Shown here: positions 8,703 to 18,296 of the stretch, piece by piece
Layout of the letters: each line of letters starts with the position of its first letter
Position numbering within the stretch: position 1 is the first letter of the stretch
NCBI GenBank assembly: GCA_963727455.1
Contig: CAVSGG010000012.1
Location: forward strand, 32,001-96,000
Source of the DNA: Candidatus Krumholzibacteriota bacterium
GTDB lineage: Bacteria > Krumholzibacteriota > Krumholzibacteriia > JAJRXK01
DNA: 64,000 nucleotides
Reading direction: 5' to 3'
The notes under the pieces: generated by a model
Seen by the model: only the letters and a program-made list of their open reading frames with translations
Databases searched by the model: none
Told to the model about the DNA's origin: nothing
Translations under genes and position numbers: made by a program

Positions 8703-10004
8703 ATGACCAAGACTTACGTGCTCGACACCAATGTTCTTCTCCATGACGAGCAAGCTCTGGAATCCTTCGGCGCGAACGACGTCGTGATCGCCCTGGACGT
8801 CCTGGAAGAGCTCGATCATTTCAAGACCCACCGCGACGAATTGGGCCGCGTGGCCCGCTACGTGGCGCGTCGGCTGGACCTCTTGCGGAAACGGGGAAAC
8901 CTCAACAGTGGAGTCCCTCTGGACAGCGGGGGGACCCTCATGGTCCGCTTTGGCGAAACGGGCGACAACCTCCCGCCCGCCATGGATCGCGCGATTCCGG
9001 ACAATCGCATCCTCGCCACCGCGCTGCGTCTGCGCGACGAAGAGAGCCGGGACGTAGTCTTCGTCTCCAAAGACATCAATGCCCGCCTCAAGAGCGACGC
9101 CCTGGGACTCTCCACCGAGGACTATGATCGCGAGCGCGTGGAGTTCGATGAACTCTGGGATGGATACCGCACCATTTCTTTGTCCGCGCAGGAAATCGAC
9201 GATTTCTATCGCGGGACTCCTCTCGCTTCGCCTGGGAACATGCTTCCCAACGAGCTCGCCCTCCTGCAGGACAACGGCAATCCCAAACACACCGCGCTCG
9301 CCCGCCACGATTGGGCCGAAAAGAGACTGACGCCGCTGCTCTTCGAGAACCGCGCTCCCTGGAAATTGCGGCCTCTGAACTTGCAGCAACACTTCGCGAT
9401 CGAGCTCTTGATGGATCCGCAAATCAAACTGGTCACTCTCATCGGCAAGGCGGGAACCGGTAAGACCCTGCTCGCCCTCGCGGCCGGTCTCGAGCAGGTG
9501 GCCGAACAGCAAGTCTACCGGCGTATTCTGGTGAGCCGCCCCATCATGCCCTTGGGCAAGGACATCGGTTACTTGCCTGGCAGCAAGGAGGAGAAACTCG
9601 AGAGCTGGATGGAACCGATCTTCGACAATTTGAAATTCCTGGTGGACCCCATGCTGGAGGGAACCGAGGGAAAGATCGACTACCTCTTCGAGAAGGAATG
9701 GATTGAGGTCGAAGCCGTCACCTACATCCGCGGACGGTCCCTGCCCAAACTCTTCATCATCGTGGACGAAGCGCAGAATCTCTCCCCCCATGAAGTCAAG
9801 ACCATCGTGAGCCGGGCCGGTCACGACACCAAGGTCGTGCTCACCGGCGATCCCTACCAGATCGACAATCCGTACCTGGACGCGAGCTCGAACGGTTTGA
9901 CTACTCTGGTCGAGCGCTTCAAGGACCAGGCCCTCTTCGGGCATATCACCCTCACCACCAGCGAGCGCAGCGAATTGGCGAGCCTCGCGGCGGAGCTGCT
10001 CTAG
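8703..10004 (+). CDS. phoH: PIN-domain PhoH family ATPase (PhoH2-type)
   Basis: N-terminal PIN (YVLDTNVLLHD, DNRIL, VSKDINAR), Walker A GKAGTGKT, IGYLPG.KEEK, IRGRS, IVDEAQN, LTGD..QID. Confidence 0.93.
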   Translation: MTKTYVLDTNVLLHDEQALESFGANDVVIALDVLEELDHFKTHRDELGRVARYVARRLDLLRKRGNLNSGVPLDSGGTLMVRFGETGDNLPPAMDRAIPDNRILATALRLRDEESRDVVFVSKDINARLKSDALGLSTEDYDRERVEFDELWDGYRTISLSAQEIDDFYRGTPLASPGNMLPNELALLQDNGNPKHTALARHDWAEKRLTPLLFENRAPWKLRPLNLQQHFAIELLMDPQIKLVTLIGKAGTGKTLLALAAGLEQVAEQQVYRRILVSRPIMPLGKDIGYLPGSKEEKLESWMEPIFDNLKFLVDPMLEGTEGKIDYLFEKEWIEVEAVTYIRGRSLPKLFIIVDEAQNLSPHEVKTIVSRAGHDTKVVLTGDPYQIDNPYLDASSNGLTTLVERFKDQALFGHITLTTSERSELASLAAELL

Positions 10005-10017
10005 GAGCGAGTCCCCC

Positions 10018-10782
10018 ATGTATCCGGTGCTCTTTCATCTCGGTCCCCTGAAGCTCTACAGTTTCGGGCTCATGGTGGTGCTGGCGTTTCTCAGCGGCGC
10101 ATGGATCACCGTCAAGGAACTGCGCCGGAAGCAGCTGAAGCCCGACAACATGGACACCTATCCCCTCTTGGCCCTCTTGGGCGGGATCCTGGGAGCACGG
10201 GTCTACTTCCTCGTCGCCCACTACCACGAGCTGCTGCGAGACCCCCTGCACGCCCTGATCTCTGGATCGGGACTCACCTGGTACGGAGGCGCCCTGGGCG
10301 GCGTCATCGCCACCCTGGGGTGGGCCAAACACAAGGGCCAAAACCTCTGGGCAATGTGCGACGCCTTCGCTCCCGGGCTCGCGGTCGCCTACGCGGTGGG
10401 GCGTATCGGTTGCCACCTTTCCGGAGACGGTGACTACGGCAAGCCGACGACTCTGCCCTGGGGCTATTCTTACGCCAAGGGAATCGTGCCGAGCCCGCCG
10501 GGAGTCCTCTGCCATCCCACCCCCATCTACGAAACCATTGCCATGCTGCTCGTGTTCGCGGTCCTGTGGAAGTTGCGCAGGCGGCTTTTGGGAAACGGGC
10601 AACTCTTCGGTGTCTACCTCATCCTGGCCGGCATCGAGCGCTTTTGGATCGAGTTTCTGCGCCTCAATCCACCGGTGGCGCTCAATCTCACCGTCGCCCA
10701 GTGGACCAGTCTCGGCGCCATCCTCTTGGGAGCAATTCTCTACCTCTGGCGGCGGCCGAACGCGGCCGCGACGGCGCGCTAG
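10018..10782 (+). CDS. lgt: Prolipoprotein diacylglyceryl transferase
   Basis: YSFGLM, GILGAR.YF, GLTWYGG, GRIGC..SGDGDYG, HPTPIYE, RF.IEF.R. Confidence 0.92.
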   Translation: MYPVLFHLGPLKLYSFGLMVVLAFLSGAWITVKELRRKQLKPDNMDTYPLLALLGGILGARVYFLVAHYHELLRDPLHALISGSGLTWYGGALGGVIATLGWAKHKGQNLWAMCDAFAPGLAVAYAVGRIGCHLSGDGDYGKPTTLPWGYSYAKGIVPSPPGVLCHPTPIYETIAMLLVFAVLWKLRRRLLGNGQLFGVYLILAGIERFWIEFLRLNPPVALNLTVAQWTSLGAILLGAILYLWRRPNAAATAR

Positions 10783-10784
10783 TC

Positions 10785-11717
10785 GTGGACCCCGGAGATT
10801 ACTCTCTGCTCGACTCCGGCGACGGAGCGAAACTGGAACGCTTCCAAGAGATCGTTCTGGAGCGTCCCGCTCCCCAGTGTCTGTGGTCGCGGCGCGATCC
10901 GCAGGTCTGGCAAAATGCCCATGCGCGCTACCTGCGCTCCAGTGAGGGAGGCGGCGAGTGGGAGGAGCGCAGCCCCTTGCCCCAAGAGTGGTGGATCGAT
11001 TGCGCGGGGATGCGGCTGCGTCTTTCGGCCACCGGCTTCGGCCACCTCGGGGTCTTTCCCGAGCAGTTCCCCTTCTGGGACTATCTGCGAGCCGAGTGCG
11101 CGGCTGTCGAGCCCCAGGCCCGCGTCCTGAACCTCTTCGCCTACACGGGCGGCGCCTCCATCGCCGCCGCCCAGGGCGGCGCTCGGGTAACGCACTGCGA
11201 CGGAAGCAAGGGCATCGTGCAGTGGGCCAGCGAGAATGCCAGCGCCAACGGCTTCACCGACCGGGAGACGCCCGCGGCGAGCGGAGGCAGCATCCGCTGG
11301 ATCATCGACGATGCGGACCGCTTCGTGGCTCGCGAGCTGCGCCGGAAGCGGCAGTACGAAGGTATCGTCTTGGATCCCCCCAGTTTCGGGCGCGGGCCCA
11401 AGGGGCAGGTCTGGAAACTCGAGCGCGATCTTCAGGGACACCTGACCCAGCTCGTGACCCTCCTCAGCGAGACTCCGCGCTTCCTTCTGGTCAGTGCACA
11501 CACGCCCGGCGTCGATCCCCTGAGCTTGCAAAACCTCCTCGAAACATCCTTCGTCGCGGCTCGGCGCGAGCCGCACTTGATGCGGGGGCATCTCGCCTGT
11601 GGCAGCATGACCATTCGCGAAGCGGACGGTCGCCGCCGGCTTCCCAGCGGAACCTGGGCCCTCTGGACGATGAGCGGCGCCCAGCCGGACGCCGCGATTC
11701 TGAAGGAACCGGAATGA
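10785..11717 (+). CDS. Class I SAM-dependent methyltransferase (RlmI/RlmK-like)
   Basis: YSLLDSGDG.KLERF, H.GVFPEQ, VLNLFAYTGG, I.LDPPSFGRGP. Confidence 0.88.
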   Translation: MDPGDYSLLDSGDGAKLERFQEIVLERPAPQCLWSRRDPQVWQNAHARYLRSSEGGGEWEERSPLPQEWWIDCAGMRLRLSATGFGHLGVFPEQFPFWDYLRAECAAVEPQARVLNLFAYTGGASIAAAQGGARVTHCDGSKGIVQWASENASANGFTDRETPAASGGSIRWIIDDADRFVARELRRKRQYEGIVLDPPSFGRGPKGQVWKLERDLQGHLTQLVTLLSETPRFLLVSAHTPGVDPLSLQNLLETSFVAARREPHLMRGHLACGSMTIREADGRRRLPSGTWALWTMSGAQPDAAILKEPE

Positions 11718-12520
11718 GTGCCACTCCCGAGATCATCACGAGCGCTCAGAATCCGCGGATCAAGGAGCTGGTCAAACTCCTCGATCGCCGTACACGCAAG
11801 CAGACCGGCCTCACCCGCATTGACGGGGCGCGCGAGTTGCTGCGCGCACTGGACGGCGGGGTGCTGCCGCGAATTCTCTACCTCTGCGAAGAGCTCGTTC
11901 GTTCAGAAGAGGGACGCGCGGCGCTGCGACGCTGCCGCGAAGCCGAGGTTCCCGTCCAGGCGGTGAGCGCACAGCTCAGCGAACACATCGCTTTTGGTGA
12001 CCGGCGCGAGGGTCTGTGCGCGGTGATCGCGTGGCAACCGCTCGCCTTGCGCGAACTCGAGCTTCCCTCGCTCCCCTTGGTGCTAGTGGTTCAGGGAATC
12101 GAGAAACCGGGAAATCTCGGCGCCCTGTTGCGCACCGCCGATGCCGCGGGAGTCGACGCCTTTCTCCTCTGCGATCGCGCGACCGATGTCACCAATCCCA
12201 ACACGATCCGCGCCAGCATGGGAACTCTCTTCACCCTCCCCGTCGCCGAGTCGAATTCCGCCGAGGCGGAGAGTTTCTTGCGCCAGCATGGCCTTCATGT
12301 CTTCACCGCCCGGCCCGAGTCCTCGCTGCCCTACTGGCGAGCCGCCTTCGATGCGCCCTGCGCGATCGTGGTGGGTTCGGAACACTCAGGACTGATGGAC
12401 TCCTGGTCCAGCGCGGGTTTGACCGCACTCTCCATTCCCATGCGCGGAAAGGCCGATTCACTCAACGTGAACGTCTCGGCCGCCATTCTGCTCTTCGAGG
12501 CGGTGCGCCAGCGGAGCTGA
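11714..12520 (+). CDS. TrmH/SpoU family RNA 2'-O-methyltransferase
   Basis: ITS.QNPRIK, EKPGNLGALLRTA, IRASMG, GSE..GL, IPM.G..DSLNV.VSAA. ATGA overlap with the upstream gene. Confidence 0.92.
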   Translation: MSATPEIITSAQNPRIKELVKLLDRRTRKQTGLTRIDGARELLRALDGGVLPRILYLCEELVRSEEGRAALRRCREAEVPVQAVSAQLSEHIAFGDRREGLCAVIAWQPLALRELELPSLPLVLVVQGIEKPGNLGALLRTADAAGVDAFLLCDRATDVTNPNTIRASMGTLFTLPVAESNSAEAESFLRQHGLHVFTARPESSLPYWRAAFDAPCAIVVGSEHSGLMDSWSSAGLTALSIPMRGKADSLNVNVSAAILLFEAVRQRS

Positions 12521-12533
12521 GGCCGCGGCCCTC

Positions 12534-14021
12534 TCAGGCGATCACGGTCTCGATGCGGGCAATTCCACTGCGAGTGAGAACGATGCGGTAGCGCTTGAGC
12601 GAGGGGCTTCCCTCGTGCACCATGCGGGCGACCATGTTGAGGTGGTACACGCGCGTGCCGTGGATCCGTTGATAGCCCTCGTCGTCCATGATGAAGAGTT
12701 CCTTCTTGGGATCATCCATCTTGCGCAGGAATTCCTGGATATTCAGGCGCATGATGTCGTTGATACCGGAGATTTGATGATCCGAGAAGATTTCGCGCAC
12801 CGGACGTGGCTCGAGTTGTACTCGCTTCCGGTACAGGAGAGTTTGTTCGCCGCCCCAACCGTTCTCGATTTCGGTGATGTGGTCCCGATCCCGTAGCGCG
12901 TGAATTTCAGCCGGGATCTTCCGCTCCGGAATGAACTCACAGCTCTCCTTGCAATAGCCCACGAACCCGCGCGAGGCGCTCTGGATCTTCGTCTTATGAT
13001 CGAAGAGAGAGCGCGTGACGCGCCGCGAGAAGTAGAGGCGAAGCGAATCCTTGATACGATCTTTGAAGATGTAGCTGATCACCAGAGCCAGAAAGAAGGG
13101 CGTGGTAAGCGTTCCGTACACGGATTGCGAGATGAACGCGGCACCGGTGGCAAAGACCATGGCGACTCCGGCCGCGATTCCGAAAAGAGTCTGCTCGAGC
13201 AACACCCCGCTGGGCCGGGTCTTGGTGTCCAAGAAGAGAATGCTGGCCATGTACTTTTTCAAAACGCTGCGACGGAATACCAGGGTTTCGTTGTCGCGCT
13301 CTTCCTCGGGAATGGAAGGGTAGCCGCGGCTTTCCCGGTACTGGACCTCGTTCTCGCTCACCGCCAGGAGCTTGTGCTTCAATTCTTGGCGGATGGAGTC
13401 CTTCGAAGCGTTCAGACCCTCCAAGAGATGAAAGGTGTAGTCTTCCACCAGCAGACTGATGTACTCGTCCCCGTAGGAATAGAGTTCGAGAGCGCGCTCC
13501 TGAATCCCCGGCATCTGCACGAATTTGCGCAGCTTGCGATACTCGGCGGTCAGGTCCGAGAGCGCCGCAACGTACTCCTCCACCAGGCGCTCTTTGTCCT
13601 CGCGCCCCGGCGTCCCCAGAATGTACTTCACGAAGTCGCGCGTTGCGCTCTTCAGGATGCAGCAGAAGATCTTGATTTCGTTTTCGTAGGAATCAGCGAG
13701 CTTTGCCGCATGCGGCTGCTGCACCCGCTCGACAGCGCTCTGCAAGAGCCCCAGCGGGCTCTGTGGTCCCTGCCCGATCAAGAGCAGCGGCACCAAGGGC
13801 GTCTTGAGTCGAATGTATGTCTGCAGATCGGAATAGAACTGCTGCTTGGAATAGGTCTCGGGGTTGATGCCCAGGCTCCTGGGAGCGTAGAGATAGAGAT
13901 CGAGCTCGTAGGAGGTGGTGCGCGCCTCCTCGGGCAGGGTATACCCCATTTTCAGTTCGACCTGATAGCGGTCATGGATGCCGATCGAAGCTTCCAGCAC
14001 TGTTCCCTTACTCCATTCCAC
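12534..14021 (-). CDS. Hypothetical membrane protein (large helical domain, two TM helices, soluble C-terminus)
   Basis: Long ORF with protein-like composition filling the gap; hydrophobic hairpin LFGIAAGVAMVFA...FFLALVISYIFKDRIK. Start may be GTG 14000. Confidence 0.8.
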   Translation of the reverse strand: MEWSKGTVLEASIGIHDRYQVELKMGYTLPEEARTTSYELDLYLYAPRSLGINPETYSKQQFYSDLQTYIRLKTPLVPLLLIGQGPQSPLGLLQSAVERVQQPHAAKLADSYENEIKIFCCILKSATRDFVKYILGTPGREDKERLVEEYVAALSDLTAEYRKLRKFVQMPGIQERALELYSYGDEYISLLVEDYTFHLLEGLNASKDSIRQELKHKLLAVSENEVQYRESRGYPSIPEEERDNETLVFRRSVLKKYMASILFLDTKTRPSGVLLEQTLFGIAAGVAMVFATGAAFISQSVYGTLTTPFFLALVISYIFKDRIKDSLRLYFSRRVTRSLFDHKTKIQSASRGFVGYCKESCEFIPERKIPAEIHALRDRDHITEIENGWGGEQTLLYRKRVQLEPRPVREIFSDHQISGINDIMRLNIQEFLRKMDDPKKELFIMDDEGYQRIHGTRVYHLNMVARMVHEGSPSLKRYRIVLTRSGIARIETVIA

Positions 14022-14032
14022 TTGAAGCAGCA

Positions 14033-14073
14033 GAAAAAGAAACGCGCCCCACCCTCGCGAAGGAGTGAGGCGC
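14033..14073 (-). terminator. Rho-independent terminator after the DUF1579 gene
   Basis: 11-bp stem GCGCCUCACUC/GGGUGGGGCGC followed by GUUUCUUUUUC. Confidence 0.65.
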
Positions 14074-14093
14074 TTCCTCTTCGGCGAGTACGA

Positions 14094-14696
14094 TCACTTC
14101 TTGCGGTGGTAGGTCATTTTCATGTTGGTCATCCAGGTCTTTCCCTGATCCATGGAAACCGACATCTCCCAATACACCTCGTCGTCGCTCTTCTGCTCGC
14201 CCCAGGCCTTCGTCAACTGGGGTTGGCCCATCATAAGGTCCTGGCCGCTCATCATGAGCTTTCCGTCCTTGAAGTCGCCGGTCATCTTGGACATGTGCGC
14301 GGACATCGTATCGATCCAGAACGACTCGTACTGACCCGTTTCGCGATTGAAGGTATCGAAACCGACACCCTTGAAGGGCATGCCCATGAACTCGCTGCTG
14401 AAGTCCATCCTCTGCATGCAGCCGTCGAGGGTGGGGGCCACTGTCGCCTCACCCTTGTAGGGCTGCCAATCGGCGGAAGGATCCGGTTTCACCTGCATGT
14501 CCACCGTCCACTCACCCTGCATGAAGGCGATCTCCTTCATCTGCGCGGGCGGTCCCGCGGGGGGCATGTCCCCCTCTGGCGTATCGTCCTGGGCCAGGAT
14601 CGGGGCAGGGGCCATGCTAAAGATCGCGAGGGTGACGACCGCGAAGATTCGAATCCACGTGGGGCGCGAATCGCGCGCGAAGGTTCGTAGTCGCAT
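14094..14696 (-). CDS. Exported DUF1579-like protein, methionine-rich
   Basis: Signal peptide; G.W, MGMPFKG.G..T.N..TG.YES.WIDTM pattern; 22 Met in 200 aa. Confidence 0.75.
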   Translation of the reverse strand: MRLRTFARDSRPTWIRIFAVVTLAIFSMAPAPILAQDDTPEGDMPPAGPPAQMKEIAFMQGEWTVDMQVKPDPSADWQPYKGEATVAPTLDGCMQRMDFSSEFMGMPFKGVGFDTFNRETGQYESFWIDTMSAHMSKMTGDFKDGKLMMSGQDLMMGQPQLTKAWGEQKSDDEVYWEMSVSMDQGKTWMTNMKMTYHRKK

Positions 14697-14740
14697 CGAA
14701 ATTACTCCATTCGGCTTGGGGAAACTCAGCCAACTGAACG

Positions 14741-14762
14741 AGTGAGCTTGATTCCGCTCACT
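14741..14762. promoter_or_regulatory. Inverted repeat AGTGAGC-N8-GCTCACT (operator or weak terminator)
   Basis: Perfect 7-bp arms in the metH-DUF1579 spacer. Confidence 0.35.
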
Positions 14763-14797
14763 TTACATTTCATCTCATACTTTGGCACCGGCTGCAA

Positions 14798-17700
14798 CTA
14801 GGCATTGAAGTAGCGCGCCGCCGGGTGATGAAATACCAGGGCTGAAACGCTGGCTTCCGGACTCATCATGCAGCCCTCGCTCAGCTCCACTCCGATCTCT
14901 TCGGGACGAAGCAAGTGGAACAACTCCCGCTGACCCTCCAAGTCGGGGCACGCGGGATAGCCGAAGCTGTAGCGCTTTCCCCGGTACTTGGCCTGCAGGC
15001 GCTGCGCCATGCTCAACTGCTCTGGATCGGCAAAGCCCCACGCAGCTCTCAACCTTTCGTGCAGCCATTCGGATGCTGCCTCCGCCGTCTCCAGGGCCAG
15101 GGCGGCCAGAACGTGGCTGCGCAGATATTCCCCCTCCTCTTTGAGTTCCGCGCTGCGCTGCAGGATTCCGTCACCCGCGGTGACCAGGAAGAGCGCCAGA
15201 TGATCGCGCTGGCCCTTCTGCGGGGGAACCACGAAATCAGCGAGGCACAGTCCTTCCTTCGTTCTCTGGCGCGGAAATTCCCATTGCGCCAGCGCTTCGC
15301 CTTCCCCGGCGCTTGCGCTCGAAAAGAGCTGAATCACATTGTCGTGAGCTTGCGCCGGAAAGAACTGCCATACCGCCTCCACCCGCATGATTCCCTCGCG
15401 ACACTCGTTCTTCACTTCCTCCACCACTTCTTTCAACATGCGAGCCTTGGGATCGTCCGCCGCCAGCTTCCGCGAGAAATTGCCTTTGAAGCCGAGGTGT
15501 TTGCCATAGAGCATCTGCGGATTGAGATAGGCCCAGATCTCGTCCAGCTTCTCGACCGTCTCCACGTGACGCTCTCCATCGGGGGGCTCGGGAATCGAAT
15601 CCAGAGAGAGGTCTTGCTTCTTGCTTGGTGAAACTTCCGTCTGTGCCGCACTCGTGGACGCCTTCTCGCTACCGCCTCGAGCCGCCAGCGATCTCCTGGT
15701 CCGCTCCTCCTGTTCGGCCACGACCGGTCCAGGACCCTCCCGACCCAAAACCCTCTGAAAGAGATCGAGCCCGCCCATGGCATCTTTTGCATAGAGCGTG
15801 GGTCCCGCGTACGCCGGCGCAATGCGTTCGTGGGTGAAGCGCGCGGAGAGCGCGGCTCCCCCCACGAAGAGCGGCAGCGAAATTTCCGCGGCCTTCAGGT
15901 CCTGCGCGGTCACCACCATCTGCTGCGCACTCTTTACCAAAAGCCCGGAGAGTCCGATGGCAGCCGGCTGCTCTTCCTTCACCGCTTTCACCAGGGCCTC
16001 AGGAGCGACTTTGATCCCCAGATTCACCACCTCGAAACCGTTGTTACTCAGGATGATGTCCACCAGGTTCTTTCCGATGTCGTGCACATCGCCCTTCACC
16101 GTCGCCAGGATCACTTTGCCCCGGCTCGAGCTGCTCGACTTCTCCATAAACTGCTCGAGATGCGTGACCGCCGCCTTCATCGCTTCCGCGCTCTGCAATA
16201 CCTCGGCAACGATGAGTTGGTTGTCGTTGAAGAGCCGGCCCACTTCGGCCATGCCGTCCATCAAGGGGCCATTGATGATGTCCAGGGGATCGCTCTCCTT
16301 GCGCTTTCGCTCCAGATCGTCGACGAGACCCTCTTTGCTGCCGTCGATGATGTAACGCTGCAGTCGCTCGTCGAGCGGCAGCTCGGCCGAAGGCGTGTGC
16401 GACTTGCTCTTGGCGCCGCGGAAGTGCGTGGCAAACGCGGCCACCGGGTCCTCGCTGCGGTTGAAAAGTAGGTCTTCGGCGAGTTTCAGTTCTTCCTCGG
16501 GGATCGAAGCGTATCTCTCGAGGCGCTGACTATTTACGATGGCCAGGTCGAGTCCCGCCTTCGTGCAGTGGTACAAGAAGACCGCGTTCAGGACTTCGCG
16601 TCCCGCCGTGGGCAGTCCGAAACTCACGTTGGAAATGCCAAGGATGGTGCGGCAGTTGGGGAACTCCTCTTTGATGAGGCGCAAGCCCTCGATCGTCTCG
16701 CGCGCACTGCCCACGTAGGCCGCATCCCCGGTTCCACAGGGAAAGGTCAGGGGGTCGAAGATGATGTCCTCGTCGCGCAAACCATACTTTTCGATGAGGA
16801 GCCCGTGACTGCGCCGGGCGATCTCCAGCTTCCTCTGGCGAGTGACCGCCATCCCCTGCTGGGGATCCTCGTCGATGCATCCCACGACCACTGCCGCTCC
16901 GAAGCGCCGTGCCAGTGGCAGAACCTGCTCGAAGCGACTCTCCCCGTCCTCCAGGTTGATCGAATTCAAAATGGACTTGCCCTGGCAGTAGGGCAGCGCG
17001 ATTTCGAATACCGCCTGGTCGGTGGTATCGATCATGAGAGGAAGCTTCACCTTCTTGATGACTTCCTCAAGAAAGGCGCTCATGTTGTGGCGTTCGTCGG
17101 CGTCAGGATCCGCCAGACAGATATCGAGAATCTGGGCGCCCGCTCTGGCCTGAGCCCGCGCGATTTCACTCGCGTCTTCGAATTTGCCGTCGGCGATGAG
17201 TCGCTTGAAACGCCGACTTCCGATGACGTTGGTCCTCTCTCCCACTAGCAGAGGCCGGTTGTCCGCAGTGGACTCCACCAATTCGATTCCTGAATACAGC
17301 GCGCGGGAGTGCTCGGGAATTCTGCGCGGGGCCTTGCCCTTGACCATCTTCGCGATGGCTGCAATGTGCTCAGGAGTCGTGCCACAGCACCCCCCCACCA
17401 AGTTCACCCAACCCTCGTCCACGAAGCGTTCCAGCTCCTTTGCCATCTGGCTCGGCGTTTCGGGATAGTTGCCGTCGGTATCGGGTAGGCCCGCGTTGGG
17501 ATGCACGCTCACTCGGGTTCGCGCGATCTCGCTCATCGAGCGCAACGAGTCGGCCATGAAGGCCGGGCCGGTGGCGCAATTGAGTCCGATGGCGAGAAGA
17601 TCGAAGTGAGCCATGGAGGCCACGAAAGCCTCCGCGCTCTGTCCGGCCAACATGGTGCCGCTGGCCTCGATGGTGCCCGAGAGGATGATCGGCAGCTCGG

Positions 17701-18289
17701 TCCCACTCTCGATGAAGGCGCGCTGACAGCCCAAAACGGCGGCCTTTGCGTTCCGCGAGTCCTGTTGGGTTTCCACCAAGAGCAGGTCGGCGCCGCCCTC
17801 GACGAGTCCCATCGCCTGCTCGAAGAAGTGATCGAGCAGCTCCGTGAAGCTCACGCCTCCGGTGACGCTGATGGCCTTGGTGGTGGGACCCATGCTGCCC
17901 GCGACGAAGCGCGGACTCGTTGCGGAGAACTCCTCGCAGGCCTTGCGCGCCAATTGCGCCGCCTTGCGATTGAGTTCGCGACAACGATCGGCCAGGCCGT
18001 ATTCGGCCAGCACCAGGGGGGTCCCGCCGAAGGTGTCGGTTTCGATGAGCTCCGCGCCCGCTTGGAGATAGCCGCGATGGATCTTTAGGATGAGGTCCGG
18101 CCGAGTCTCGACGAGAATCTCGGGACAGCCTTCCTGTTCCTCTCCGCCGTAGTCTTGTGCGCTCAGCTCGGCGTCTTGGATGGCGGTGCCCATGGCACCG
18201 TCCAAAACGAGGATTCGCTCGGCGAGCAGGTGTCTCAGGAGTGAGGAGGAATCACGGAACTTCACCACAACCTTCCGGACGAGATTCAA
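14798..18289 (-). CDS. metH: Cobalamin-dependent methionine synthase
   Basis: LDGAMGT, GLNCA.GP, GGCCGTTPEHI (Zn), VGERTN (pterin domain), ATVKGDVHDIGKN (B12), RYSFGYPACPDL. Confidence 0.97.
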   Translation of the reverse strand: MNLVRKVVVKFRDSSSLLRHLLAERILVLDGAMGTAIQDAELSAQDYGGEEQEGCPEILVETRPDLILKIHRGYLQAGAELIETDTFGGTPLVLAEYGLADRCRELNRKAAQLARKACEEFSATSPRFVAGSMGPTTKAISVTGGVSFTELLDHFFEQAMGLVEGGADLLLVETQQDSRNAKAAVLGCQRAFIESGTELPIILSGTIEASGTMLAGQSAEAFVASMAHFDLLAIGLNCATGPAFMADSLRSMSEIARTRVSVHPNAGLPDTDGNYPETPSQMAKELERFVDEGWVNLVGGCCGTTPEHIAAIAKMVKGKAPRRIPEHSRALYSGIELVESTADNRPLLVGERTNVIGSRRFKRLIADGKFEDASEIARAQARAGAQILDICLADPDADERHNMSAFLEEVIKKVKLPLMIDTTDQAVFEIALPYCQGKSILNSINLEDGESRFEQVLPLARRFGAAVVVGCIDEDPQQGMAVTRQRKLEIARRSHGLLIEKYGLRDEDIIFDPLTFPCGTGDAAYVGSARETIEGLRLIKEEFPNCRTILGISNVSFGLPTAGREVLNAVFLYHCTKAGLDLAIVNSQRLERYASIPEEELKLAEDLLFNRSEDPVAAFATHFRGAKSKSHTPSAELPLDERLQRYIIDGSKEGLVDDLERKRKESDPLDIINGPLMDGMAEVGRLFNDNQLIVAEVLQSAEAMKAAVTHLEQFMEKSSSSSRGKVILATVKGDVHDIGKNLVDIILSNNGFEVVNLGIKVAPEALVKAVKEEQPAAIGLSGLLVKSAQQMVVTAQDLKAAEISLPLFVGGAALSARFTHERIAPAYAGPTLYAKDAMGGLDLFQRVLGREGPGPVVAEQEERTRRSLAARGGSEKASTSAAQTEVSPSKKQDLSLDSIPEPPDGERHVETVEKLDEIWAYLNPQMLYGKHLGFKGNFSRKLAADDPKARMLKEVVEEVKNECREGIMRVEAVWQFFPAQAHDNVIQLFSSASAGEGEALAQWEFPRQRTKEGLCLADFVVPPQKGQRDHLALFLVTAGDGILQRSAELKEEGEYLRSHVLAALALETAEAASEWLHERLRAAWGFADPEQLSMAQRLQAKYRGKRYSFGYPACPDLEGQRELFHLLRPEEIGVELSEGCMMSPEASVSALVFHHPAARYFNA

Positions 18290-18296
18290 TCGGGGC

